Positions 46,038 to 55,323 of a DNA stretch of 64,000 bases are shown here, piece by piece (the stretch's first letter is position 1; each line of letters starts with the position of its first letter). Position numbers and translations under genes: made by a program. Where the stretch lies: sequence record MG655267.1. One strand, 5' to 3'. The notes under the pieces were generated by a model, which did not search any database, was not told the origin of the DNA, and saw only the letters and a program-made list of their open reading frames with translations.

Positions 46038-46045
46038 TACATTAC
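46038..46045 (+). promoter_or_regulatory. Early promoter-like box TACATTAC
   Basis: One mismatch to the consensus, about 28 nt after TTATGC. Confidence 0.55.
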
Positions 46046-46087
46046 GAAGCTGATATACCCATCAATTCAATTTAAAGGAGTTTAGTT

Positions 46088-46510
46088 ATGAAGAACGTTA
46101 CTATTGCTATTGGTCGTAATCCGCTGTCCAACCAGAAATGGATTCTGGATCAGATCGTGAGTCTGGTGAAGTCCGGTAAGTCCGACATCTTCATCGTCAA
46201 TACCGACTCACGGGTTTCCACTGCGGTACTCAATGCCTTGAAAGAGTATACGAAGGATGATGCGGAATACACTCGCTTGGTTGCTGAGAACGGTGTCATG
46301 TTCCACACAACCGAGACCGAAGACCTGCAAACGCTGGATGATGCTAAGATGAACAGCCGGTCGGCGATTCTGGCCAACATGCTGTTCAGCCTGCCATTGG
46401 TCAAACAGTGTCGTGATCTGGCGCGTCATCACGTCCCGGTCTTTGTGAGTGCCACACCTGCCATGTCTGGTAAGGTGCCGGCTTCCGCCCATACCAAGTT
46501 CCTCGATTAA
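46088..46510 (+). CDS. Hypothetical protein (140 aa)
   Basis: AAGGAG RBS. Confidence 0.8.
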   Translation: MKNVTIAIGRNPLSNQKWILDQIVSLVKSGKSDIFIVNTDSRVSTAVLNALKEYTKDDAEYTRLVAENGVMFHTTETEDLQTLDDAKMNSRSAILANMLFSLPLVKQCRDLARHHVPVFVSATPAMSGKVPASAHTKFLD

Positions 46511-46519
46511 GGATAGCCC

Positions 46520-46981
46520 ATGGTAAATCACCTGTGGGGTCAGTTGTCGGAGCGTGCAATTCGCGCTGCTGCTACTGACCTACGGTTGAAGCCTGTAGAG
46601 AGCCTGCCCATGTGTTGGGCAGAGCTCCTCTCCATCGGGATCACCAAACCCCTTGGACGCTTTGACGTTCTTACCCATATTGGCCGTCGTCCTGAGCTTC
46701 ACTATTTAACTGTGTTAGCAGAGGAAGGTGTCCGTTTCATCGATGTGTTAGCGGAAGATACTGATGCCCGTCACGCACATCGCGCTCGAGCAAACGCAGT
46801 CTGCTATTATGACAAAGATCAGAAGCCGCAACTGTGTTGGTTATACCTCTCCCGTGGTGAGTTAACGGAGGGGAATTTTAGTCGTGCTGTGCGTGAAGGT
46901 ATTCATCGTGTCGCTGGGAAGTTCCCGGAGGACACCAACACTCACTTCTGTGATCTATCGGGATTGACCCATGCTAAGTAA
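46520..46981 (+). CDS. Hypothetical protein (153 aa)
   Basis: AAGGA RBS. Confidence 0.75.
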   Translation: MVNHLWGQLSERAIRAAATDLRLKPVESLPMCWAELLSIGITKPLGRFDVLTHIGRRPELHYLTVLAEEGVRFIDVLAEDTDARHAHRARANAVCYYDKDQKPQLCWLYLSRGELTEGNFSRAVREGIHRVAGKFPEDTNTHFCDLSGLTHAK

Positions 46982-47113
46982 AAAGATTATGACTGAACTG
47001 CGCCGTCGGATTAATAAAGGCAATAAGCCTCAGCAGTCAGGTCGTTTGACCCATGTTCTTGTAGACAGCAAGTCTACAGGCTTTAAACCACAATAACGTT
47101 TCTCGGTGTCCTC

Positions 47114-47659
47114 ATGACTCAAACACAAAGTTATTCCGTTAATGCCTTTGACGAAATCGTCATCACCGCTACCCGTCACGCGTCCAACCATATTCACTAC
47201 CAATTCGCAACCCCTGGGGAAAAATCGGTAGTGATCCATGCGTTTGACTCAACCACAGAGCTGACCACCCAGGAGGCCTTTAAACGGGCTTATGCCGAAC
47301 TGGCACACTGGGTAGGGGTTAAGGCCGGTTATGATCACCTGCAGCGTAACGATGCCATTCCGTTGCTGATCTCGGTGGCCCGTGATCTGTTTGTTGATAA
47401 CATTTTCAAAGACATGAAAGATCTCAGCGGCGAGTTCCTGCACAATGGCGTGTCTGTCAACTGGAAACGCACGTTGATGATGGATGTGTTACTGACCAGT
47501 TTTGAAACCCAGGTAAGTGACCATATCAGCGAAGATGGTTTGGGTGTTCGGACGTATTCCAAGATCGAGCTGCGCACCCACTCGAAAGAAGACAACCTGT
47601 CACCAAGCCTGCAGTACGCGGAATACGCGGGGGTATTTGATCGTGGTACAACTCTCTAA
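47114..47659 (+). CDS. Hypothetical protein (181 aa)
   Basis: ORF in a co-directional cluster. Confidence 0.7.
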   Translation: MTQTQSYSVNAFDEIVITATRHASNHIHYQFATPGEKSVVIHAFDSTTELTTQEAFKRAYAELAHWVGVKAGYDHLQRNDAIPLLISVARDLFVDNIFKDMKDLSGEFLHNGVSVNWKRTLMMDVLLTSFETQVSDHISEDGLGVRTYSKIELRTHSKEDNLSPSLQYAEYAGVFDRGTTL

Positions 47660-48215
47660 CTTCGCCCATCCTGTTAACGCGGTTAATACGCAGCAACAGT
47701 TCGAGCTGTTTACGATCACTACCCTGCAGTTGCATGGCGGGAGTGTTTTCCATCGGGTGACATTGCCTTTGGATGGACACCCTACCGAGATCGCATTGTT
47801 TGCCCAGCCCACGAAGATGTCACATGTCGATGTGTTGCGCACGGTGCACGATCTGGTGTTTCTGTGGATTCCGCCGGTGACTGATCCGCGGGGGTTAATC
47901 ATGGGTCATCGTGATTATATCCTCAATCTCTGTAAAGAGACCTTGCGGGTTGTTGCAGGTGTGGGTAGCTGGCCAGTCCCGGCGTTTAACAAACAGGATG
48001 TCACGGATAACGGCGTGCTTCATTTGTTGCGCTACTATGATCCGATAATGGATCGTATCATCACTCAGGTGGTTGGTACGCCGCCAATGGATCTGGATGA
48101 TCGGGATATGCGCCAGGATAAGCAAGGGGCAGGGCTTGTCGCCTTCTCACCCTCGTGGCTTGACCCAGGGCCTTTCACGGCACAGGATCACAACTACGGC
48201 GTTGCGGATGCATAA
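47643..48215 (+). CDS. Hypothetical protein (~190 aa)
   Basis: In-frame GTG at 47643 after a G-rich RBS; this start avoids a long overlap with the upstream gene. Confidence 0.65.
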   Translation: MVQLSNFAHPVNAVNTQQQFELFTITTLQLHGGSVFHRVTLPLDGHPTEIALFAQPTKMSHVDVLRTVHDLVFLWIPPVTDPRGLIMGHRDYILNLCKETLRVVAGVGSWPVPAFNKQDVTDNGVLHLLRYYDPIMDRIITQVVGTPPMDLDDRDMRQDKQGAGLVAFSPSWLDPGPFTAQDHNYGVADA

Positions 48216-48219
48216 AACG

Positions 48220-48272
48220 GCATAAGAGGAGGGGCAAATGCCCCTCCTCTGTTTATGCTCTTTTTTTTTTGT
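48220..48272. terminator. Bidirectional terminator
   Basis: GCATAA-GAGGAGGGGCA-AA-TGCCCCTCCTC-TGT-TTATGC, then a T-run, between convergent genes. Confidence 0.85.
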
Positions 48273-49123
48273 TATCGTTTGGGGACACTCATCCGAATCG
48301 AGCGGTGCTTACGGAGTTTGTCTGACCACGCCGCTGTCTTCTTCCATCGGGTTTCCAGGAAGTCGGTGTAGTTGTCCACCGCATCAGCATAGCTTTCAAT
48401 GGTGTCTTTAAACGCCCCGAGTTCCACACCACCCACTAACGCCCCTTGGTCAACAGGAATACGCAGACGTTGATAGATGTAGGCTTTCACCGCATAGTTC
48501 ACCAACTGTGAGAACCGAGTGTAAGCCCGCACCGGGATGTTAGTCATCTCTGAGTCGTTTGAGACAATACAACGCAGGGTCAGCATGTTCGTGATCATTT
48601 GGGTTTCATAGATCGCTACCATGTTCTGGCCAATCAACGCTACGTTGGTCATCTGAATCTCAGGGGCTGGGGAGTAAGACTGCAACATCTGCTGCATACC
48701 CTGGGTGATTGCCCCGTTACTGCACCCCATGTTCATTCCACCGGTATACCCGCCAATCCCTGCACCACCGGGTACGCCAAATAACGCATCGGGGTAACCG
48801 TACATCAAGGAGAGAATCGAGGTGATCACTCGCCCGCCGGTTAACGACTTCGGTACCCGAAAGACCGTGGTGAAGTTATCGGGTTGAACATACTCCACAT
48901 CCCGTAAGGGTATGATGACTTCTACCCCACCCACGACGTCACAATCACGACGCACTTTGGCATCGATCACTTTCGTACGGATGGCTTCATTAAGTGAAGT
49001 GTTGAGAACCTGACGAACGCCAGTGTGGTAGTAAGCAACATCATTGGTCATGAACGCTGCTCTTAACAAACTGGGATCAAAGTTCCACATCACATCATTA
49101 ATGGCATGATCTATCGCGCTCAT
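48272..49123 (-). CDS. Conserved phiKZ-like protein, probably structural (283 aa)
   Basis: Long ORF divergent from phuZ; function inferred from position only. Confidence 0.6.
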   Translation of the reverse strand: MSAIDHAINDVMWNFDPSLLRAAFMTNDVAYYHTGVRQVLNTSLNEAIRTKVIDAKVRRDCDVVGGVEVIIPLRDVEYVQPDNFTTVFRVPKSLTGGRVITSILSLMYGYPDALFGVPGGAGIGGYTGGMNMGCSNGAITQGMQQMLQSYSPAPEIQMTNVALIGQNMVAIYETQMITNMLTLRCIVSNDSEMTNIPVRAYTRFSQLVNYAVKAYIYQRLRIPVDQGALVGGVELGAFKDTIESYADAVDNYTDFLETRWKKTAAWSDKLRKHRSIRMSVPKR

Positions 49124-49211
49124 AATCGCACCTTTGTTACATTCTACATGGATGTATGTATATATGTTGAAAAACTGATCTCATAGAATTTAACCAACGG
49201 AGCAATATCAC

Positions 49212-50186
49212 ATGTCAAAACGTTTAACCCGCATCTACGCTTGTGGCGGTGCTGCCATCAACATCACCGCGGCGCAGAAGGACCAGCACGATCAACTGGG
49301 CTTCTCTGACCTCAGCGTATCACGTATCGATACTTCGGATAAGAACATCAAACCAGGCATGTCACCGAACAGCGTCTACATCCTGGAAAACGCAGACGGT
49401 TCTGGTAAAGAGCGTAAACACAACTACAAAGCGATCGTGGCCTCACTCGAACAGATCCTGGCGATGCACAAACCGGGCGATTACAACATCGTCATGATGT
49501 CAGCCTCAGGCGGTTCTGGTTCGGTCATCGGTCCGGTAATCATTGGCGAACTGCTGAAGCGTAAGATCCCAGTGGTTGCGCTGGTTGTGGGTACCATCGG
49601 TTCTGAAACTGAAACGCAGAACTCCATCAATACCCTGAAGTCCCTGGCCGGCGTCTCTGAAGCTCAGAAAGCCCCACTGGTGATGTCATACTTCCCGGTG
49701 AACCAGCACTTCGATCAGCGTGAAGTGGACAAGCAAGTCCTGACCACCATGACGCTGTTGCTCAACCTGTTCGACTCGAAGAACATCGAAATCGATTACA
49801 AAGATATCGTGAACTTCCTGAACTACACCAACATCCGCAACACCCGCCCTGGCCTGGTTGGCCTCGAAACGTACAACGACGACGAACTGCAGACCATCGC
49901 CGGTACCTCGCCGTTGTCCATGGCGTCAGTGTTCAAAGATGATAACCGTCCGTTCCTGCCGGTTACCCCGGACTACCATGCCACCGGTACCCGTGACCAG
50001 GACATGAAAGATGAGCGTATGCAGTTCAATGCGCACTATGTCATTACCTCAGCGCCGGTTAAAATGGCGTTCGAAGATCTGAACAAACGTATGAAGCAGA
50101 TCACTGATCAGCAGCATACTCGCGGCCAGAACTTCAACCTGCTGGGTGATGGCGACCAGGGTGATGATAACGGGATGTTCCTGTAA
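49212..50186 (+). CDS. phuZ: Phage tubulin PhuZ
   Basis: T1 motif IYACGGAAINI, tubulin signature SASGGSGS, T7-loop IDYKD and an acidic C-terminal tail DDNGMFL; 324 aa. Confidence 0.93.
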   Translation: MSKRLTRIYACGGAAINITAAQKDQHDQLGFSDLSVSRIDTSDKNIKPGMSPNSVYILENADGSGKERKHNYKAIVASLEQILAMHKPGDYNIVMMSASGGSGSVIGPVIIGELLKRKIPVVALVVGTIGSETETQNSINTLKSLAGVSEAQKAPLVMSYFPVNQHFDQREVDKQVLTTMTLLLNLFDSKNIEIDYKDIVNFLNYTNIRNTRPGLVGLETYNDDELQTIAGTSPLSMASVFKDDNRPFLPVTPDYHATGTRDQDMKDERMQFNAHYVITSAPVKMAFEDLNKRMKQITDQQHTRGQNFNLLGDGDQGDDNGMFL

Positions 50187-50333
50187 TCCACTGAGCCTCT
50201 CTATTATATGTAACCGCTGCTGCAACACTCCTCTGTCTGGGTTTTCTGTATTCCTTTTACCAGAGATGAGTGAAGCGTTACATTTCTTCCGTGACCATGG
50301 CTGCTAGCGGGAGAGGCTGTTTAAAGAGCGAAT

Positions 50334-50366
50334 CCCCTCCACCGTTTTGGTGGAGGGGTTATGCCG
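50334..50366 (+). terminator. Hairpin plus TTATGCCG
   Basis: CCCCTCCACC-GTTTT-GGTGGAGGGG immediately followed by TTATGCCG. Confidence 0.8.
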
Positions 50367-50384
50367 TCAAAAATAATTCAAACC

Positions 50385-50392
50385 TACATTAT
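50385..50392 (+). promoter_or_regulatory. Early promoter-like box TACATTAT
   Basis: A-rich upstream element; about 20 nt after TTATGC. Confidence 0.5.
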
Positions 50393-50488
50393 AATCACGA
50401 GCAGTACCAATTACTTTCGTACATTAACGTACTATTATTTAGGGCATAGCCCTTTTATAGTTGGATGTATGACTAGGAGCTTAACACC

Positions 50489-51778
50489 GTGAACTACAGC
50501 ACAGACAATTTTATTATCGACGTTGGTCAGTATATTCCAACCATCATGTTTCGCGCACCGTACCTGAACGGTAAGCCATTAACCCACGAACAAACGTATT
50601 GTATTTTCGCTGCCATCCACGATGAAATCTTTAATGAGACATTCCCGTGGGCCCACATTAACAACAGTTTAGAAACCGCCTTATCAACGGTGTATGCAGA
50701 CTACCCTTTATTTACTCTTGGTGAACCACGCTATTGGCGTTTTGGAAATAACGGCTATGAGATCTATCGCCCAACCCAAAATGGCTTTAATTACATGGAT
50801 GCTCCGCATGGACGTTTACCGCAGAACCCACCACGTGGTTCGATCTTTAAGATTGCCGGCGGACGGGTCTATGCAGAGTGGTTAAGCGCGTTTGTCACGA
50901 ACACCTTGTTTGGTATTCGTAACCGACTCCACGACGAACTGCTCCGTTTCGTCGGTACGGCTGCGGATTACGAATGGCACTTTGAGTATGTGTCAAACGG
51001 AATTTTCTATACCAAAGTTTCTAAGAACCCATTAGTTACCCAACCAGTGCATGTCAAGCTCCAGGCGCTGACTGAAGCTGAGCAGATACAACAGGCGATT
51101 TCAGATCTTCCAGATGTTCGTCAACCAACCGTAGGGAATGCGGTGGCGGTGAATCTGGATATTCGTGCACACAGCAGTCTCGAACGTATCCCTGAAGTTT
51201 GTGGTTATCTGCAACAGCTGATCATGCATGCGCAACAACATCATGCACCACTTGAAGTGAAGGTGATCTATCACAGCAAAACCTACTACGATAAAGTAGT
51301 CAGCTTTGCGCGTGGGTTTATTGAACAATATCAATTGCCGGTGAAGCTCGCCTTCAAAGAGCAATGGGTGGACTTACAACAAACTCACCCAGTATCCCTG
51401 GGCGCTGTATCGGTATCTTCTGACATCCCTAGCATTAAAGATATAGAGCGTGACCACGATCGTCTGCGTGAAATCCGTACCCAGCTGATTCGTAATAACG
51501 CCCTCAGTCCCTGGTTGACACAAGAACTGTTGGCAATTGCACCAGGCTTGTTTAGTAAGAAGATCTCCGATGAAGAGATGTTCACGGCCATGATGACAAC
51601 GGATTGGGGGGTAAACAACAAAGGCCGGCGGGTAGATGCCACTCGACTGAACCCGATGGTGATTGGGGCAGTAATCTCCATTGATCGTCAGTTAGAAGGG
51701 GAAGCATTGCCACAGGTTACCCAGCCACAACACCAACTTCACGTGTTACATGAGATCAACTGGAATAATGTGCGATGA
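50489..51778 (+). CDS. Hypothetical protein (429 aa)
   Basis: GTG start with an AGGAG RBS. Confidence 0.8.
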   Translation: MNYSTDNFIIDVGQYIPTIMFRAPYLNGKPLTHEQTYCIFAAIHDEIFNETFPWAHINNSLETALSTVYADYPLFTLGEPRYWRFGNNGYEIYRPTQNGFNYMDAPHGRLPQNPPRGSIFKIAGGRVYAEWLSAFVTNTLFGIRNRLHDELLRFVGTAADYEWHFEYVSNGIFYTKVSKNPLVTQPVHVKLQALTEAEQIQQAISDLPDVRQPTVGNAVAVNLDIRAHSSLERIPEVCGYLQQLIMHAQQHHAPLEVKVIYHSKTYYDKVVSFARGFIEQYQLPVKLAFKEQWVDLQQTHPVSLGAVSVSSDIPSIKDIERDHDRLREIRTQLIRNNALSPWLTQELLAIAPGLFSKKISDEEMFTAMMTTDWGVNNKGRRVDATRLNPMVIGAVISIDRQLEGEALPQVTQPQHQLHVLHEINWNNVR

Positions 51779-52131
51779 ATGCCAATGTGCTTCTGATCGA
51801 TCTTAAACCGATAGTCTATCAGTGGTTCACACCAGAACAAGCCAATGACAGTGACTTGCACATGGCAATAGATGATCTGGCCATCTGGGCAACCAGCACG
51901 GCGGTGGAACAGGAATGCGACACCGACCTGATTGGCCCGACCTTCTTCCTGGTCAACTCAGGTTGGCAGCATGACCAATTGCAAGCCATGATCGATACAA
52001 TGGCCAAAGTAGTAAGAACGATCTACCTGACCCAGTCCACTCCCGAATGGCGTAGCGCCGGGGTGAAACGTATTCAGGTAGATCAATTCTATCTGATGAC
52101 CGTTAAGCTGGGGATTGATCCATATGTCTGA
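51775..52131 (+). CDS. Hypothetical protein (118 aa)
   Basis: ATGA-coupled to the upstream gene. Confidence 0.7.
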   Translation: MNANVLLIDLKPIVYQWFTPEQANDSDLHMAIDDLAIWATSTAVEQECDTDLIGPTFFLVNSGWQHDQLQAMIDTMAKVVRTIYLTQSTPEWRSAGVKRIQVDQFYLMTVKLGIDPYV

Positions 52132-52486
52132 AGTCCTGTCCCGAACCAAAGCCATCGTCCCGTGCGGTGAGCTGCTCGGGTCTTTGAAACGCCACCCTGG
52201 CGTGGGTGATGAAGCAGCCCATGCTTTTATCACCGCCGGGGCGGTACATTTATTCCACGACCGTTATGTTGATCCCATCCTCAGTGTAGATGACCTGGCG
52301 TTAATTGGGGAGACCCGGGCCAGCGTCTTGACCGGTTTAGCGTACGAGTGGTTGCATGATCAGTTCACGATCATTCACAACGACATCAAACGACACGTCA
52401 AGCACTTTGACGAGTTGCGTGCCGACGACTACAGCTGGGAGGGGGATTGCATACATCTTGACTTGTCGCTTTACGATGAGGACTAA
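52124..52486 (+). CDS. Hypothetical protein (~120 aa)
   Basis: ATG at 52124 overlaps the upstream stop; GGGGA RBS. Confidence 0.7.
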   Translation: MSEVLSRTKAIVPCGELLGSLKRHPGVGDEAAHAFITAGAVHLFHDRYVDPILSVDDLALIGETRASVLTGLAYEWLHDQFTIIHNDIKRHVKHFDELRADDYSWEGDCIHLDLSLYDED

Positions 52487-52489
52487 CCT

Positions 52490-53074
52490 ATGCAGCAGCA
52501 GGAACTTACAGTACACCCGTTTTCACCCGCTTTTATTCCCCAGCCTATACACACACCGTTTATAGTGGATATGCCAGACTTAATATCATGGCTGAAGACG
52601 CCAGTCAAGGGAGATCCTAATGACCCTGACCGGATTGATACCACCAGTATCTATGTTCCACCGGAGGTTGAAATGAAACCCGTCGCTATCATCGATTTGT
52701 TCGGTTTATCCTGGACAAACCACGGCGGGTTACTAACCATGTTCTCGCAGGTAAACCTGTTTGATCTGTTTGTCGAAGTGATCCACAAATCCCTGGGTCA
52801 GCCATCTTACAACCTGTATCTGTTGAACGAATGGATTGAGGCGATGATGGGTGTGGGCGATTACTTCGATCCTGAGACCAACCTCCCACAACCGTCAATG
52901 GAAGAAGTCATGGTGATGCAGGATGCATTGATGCGGATGTTCTGTGACTTCGTGGTTAACAACCAGAGCTTTATCATGAAAGTGCTTCAGCCGCTGTTGG
53001 TGAACCAGGCTGTGGATACGATCAGTCTGCAGCAATTAAAAGCAGGTGGCAGTATTGTCGTTAATTTAGGGTGA
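52490..53074 (+). CDS. Hypothetical acidic protein (194 aa)
   Basis: GAGGA RBS; tightly packed with its neighbours. Confidence 0.75.
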   Translation: MQQQELTVHPFSPAFIPQPIHTPFIVDMPDLISWLKTPVKGDPNDPDRIDTTSIYVPPEVEMKPVAIIDLFGLSWTNHGGLLTMFSQVNLFDLFVEVIHKSLGQPSYNLYLLNEWIEAMMGVGDYFDPETNLPQPSMEEVMVMQDALMRMFCDFVVNNQSFIMKVLQPLLVNQAVDTISLQQLKAGGSIVVNLG

Positions 53075-53082
53075 GGTAAGAA

Positions 53083-53466
53083 ATGAATACGCTTGTCGTA
53101 TTAGACCTGAAACCCAGTTGGGTATATCTTCGGGCGTGTTATGACCGCAGTACGGCTAATACCCTGATGATTCCCTTCGACCGTTTTCTGGAGATTGTCT
53201 TAGAAGCGTACACGGCCGAGTTAAATAAGCCGGGGAGTTCGGATGTGATATTGGAAGCCCTGGTTGACTTTGGCGAGCTCCAACCGATGATCGATCAATC
53301 GGATATGGTGAAGCGCGAGATCTGTATGGCATCCAATGTCATCGACGAGCAGCTGACCTATGCGATGGCTGGCTATTTTGGCGTGGAGTATTTAGGCGGG
53401 GTATCACAGATGCGGATTACCCCACATCGAACCTTAGAAGTGTATTACGGTAAGGAGGTCACATGA
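53083..53466 (+). CDS. Hypothetical acidic protein (127 aa)
   Basis: GAGGT RBS. Confidence 0.75.
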   Translation: MNTLVVLDLKPSWVYLRACYDRSTANTLMIPFDRFLEIVLEAYTAELNKPGSSDVILEALVDFGELQPMIDQSDMVKREICMASNVIDEQLTYAMAGYFGVEYLGGVSQMRITPHRTLEVYYGKEVT

Positions 53467-53891
53467 GCATTACCCGCGTGTCGTTGATCTTCAATATCAT
53501 GCCGGATGCCGAAAAGCGAATGTATGAAGGTGTGCGAAAAACACTGACGGATGTGGGTGAGGTTGACCGTAACACCCTTGTCTATCTGGCACTGAATGAA
53601 TTAACCCTGGGGCGTACCATCGCACACACCCCAACAATGTCTATGGCGGCGAAGATCCCGGTGATCTTTCCTCAGTACTCATACACCGCGCATGAAGCCA
53701 TCAAGCAAGCCGTTATGGTTGTTGCCTCTGAACTGTACAAGGAGTTCTTTACCATTCTGGAAGGTGCCCACATGAGTTACCCCGCTGTGCTATCACAAGC
53801 CGGCATCAGTGGGTGTTCGGTGAGCACCATCTTTGACAGTCATGAGGAGCCACGGCCATGCAACTGGCAGTACTCGAGTTCACCCCAATAA
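53463..53891 (+). CDS. Hypothetical protein (142 aa)
   Basis: AAGGAGGT RBS; ATGA overlap with the upstream gene. Confidence 0.8.
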   Translation: MSITRVSLIFNIMPDAEKRMYEGVRKTLTDVGEVDRNTLVYLALNELTLGRTIAHTPTMSMAAKIPVIFPQYSYTAHEAIKQAVMVVASELYKEFFTILEGAHMSYPAVLSQAGISGCSVSTIFDSHEEPRPCNWQYSSSPQ

Positions 53892-54439
53892 TGCAAGACA
53901 TCCAGACCACCTTGACCACGATGAGCAACATGGTTGTTAATCATGTGCAAATCACTCAAGCGGTCTGCGCTGGGTTTCCCGTGAAAGCCAGTTCAGCCAG
54001 TGAGCTGGATGTGTTGATCAGTAATACCCCAGGTTATCTCAGTCAACAGGATATCGAGAAGGTGCACCTGTGTGGTGAGCTGATCTTTGATTTCCTGGTT
54101 CAGCAACTGCAGCCCTATGCAGTGCCTCGGTTGTTGCGTTACGGTTGTCCTGGCTTTTTCCAAACTCAAGGTTATGTCCTGATGTCGCAATATCACGACG
54201 ACGCCTTCTTCAAAGAGTTTGTGAACATCCAGGCGAACATCACAACCCAGCAACTCCCAATCAGGAAACTGATGACGTTGGAACAGGTGGTTGAAAGCAG
54301 TGAGATGCGGATAGCCGAGCTCAATGCAATGCAGCTTAGTGGGGATAACAGCGTTGAAGTACATCGGCAAATTGCCAGACATCAAAACTATCTCGATCGG
54401 TATTCCGGTGAGATGGCGAAGATAAGAATAAAACAATAA
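53858..54439 (+). CDS. Hypothetical protein (193 aa) with a C-terminal coiled coil
   Basis: GAGGAG RBS inside the upstream gene. Confidence 0.7.
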   Translation: MQLAVLEFTPIMQDIQTTLTTMSNMVVNHVQITQAVCAGFPVKASSASELDVLISNTPGYLSQQDIEKVHLCGELIFDFLVQQLQPYAVPRLLRYGCPGFFQTQGYVLMSQYHDDAFFKEFVNIQANITTQQLPIRKLMTLEQVVESSEMRIAELNAMQLSGDNSVEVHRQIARHQNYLDRYSGEMAKIRIKQ

Positions 54440-54458
54440 CAGCAAAGAAGGTTTGCAC

Positions 54459-54761
54459 ATGGTTATCATCGACCGCAATCCAGAGTTTGAACATATCGTG
54501 GATGCCATCAAGCACCTGATAGACCCGGACGCGCCTGATGGTGCGTCTGTTAAAAGCATTAACGATGTCATCGATGACCTTCGCCACCACTACCACATGC
54601 GGTCGAACATTGTTGATATGGACCCGGACATTGCAGCATTGCATGAGCCATTTTATGTGGCACTTAACAATCTCTTAATCCGGTATGGTTTTCAAGAAGA
54701 CCAGATCATCAATTTCATCATCAGTGATAAGCATGCAAACTTTGTGCTCATCACAACGTAA
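54459..54761 (+). CDS. Hypothetical protein (100 aa)
   Basis: GAAGG RBS before the ATG at 54459. Confidence 0.7.
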   Translation: MVIIDRNPEFEHIVDAIKHLIDPDAPDGASVKSINDVIDDLRHHYHMRSNIVDMDPDIAALHEPFYVALNNLLIRYGFQEDQIINFIISDKHANFVLITT

Positions 54762-54778
54762 CACTTGGGAGTGTGCAC

Positions 54779-55198
54779 GTGTCAAAAAGCTATGCAGATC
54801 TCGTCAAGGGCGCGATCGTCGACTTTAATGTGGTGGCGCCAGATATCCTGGGCGAAGGGTTTACCTCATGTACGGTCAATGGTCGCTTTGATGCCGATAC
54901 CGCTAACCTGCTTGGGTTGGATGTCCAGGCGAAACACCAGAACCTGTACCCGCTGGTGAAACCCCAAGGCATCCCGGATAATCCTGATAGCTACGACTTT
55001 ATCAAGGTAACCAAAACCAGTGGCGCGCAAGCGATCCTGTGGCTACCCTGGATTGTCGAATCGACGATCGCCCCGGTCTCTCGTAACAAGATCAATGTGG
55101 TGATTGAAGACGTGGGATCAAAAGACATCGCTGTGGTTAAAGCCGCACTGGAGTCTAACGGTTATCTGAATGCAGTGGTTACCCTGATTGACAATTAA
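54779..55198 (+). CDS. Conserved small beta-rich (SH3-like) chimallivirus core protein (phiKZ gp49-like)
   Basis: Immediately upstream of the DNA polymerase gene, as in the conserved core block; GGAG RBS; family assignment is by recalled synteny. Confidence 0.55.
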   Translation: MSKSYADLVKGAIVDFNVVAPDILGEGFTSCTVNGRFDADTANLLGLDVQAKHQNLYPLVKPQGIPDNPDSYDFIKVTKTSGAQAILWLPWIVESTIAPVSRNKINVVIEDVGSKDIAVVKAALESNGYLNAVVTLIDN

Positions 55199-55206
55199 TA
55201 ATAAAC

Positions 55207-55252
55207 GCCTGTGGGTTTCCACAGGCTTTATGACCCACTTCTTTTTTTTTTG
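55207..55252 (+). terminator. Hairpin terminator
   Basis: GCCTGTGG-GTTT-CCACAGGC, then TTATGA and a long T-run. Confidence 0.7.
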
Positions 55253-55323
55253 TTATCAACTATTTCCTTACATGGATCGTCTAATCATTTAGAGAGTTAA
55301 GCCAGCGCTAAGGATATCCTGCC

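Noticed and set aside
47517-47642. N-terminal extension of the 232-aa ORF
   Set aside because: It overlaps the upstream gene by more than 140 nt; the GTG at 47643 with an RBS is more plausible.
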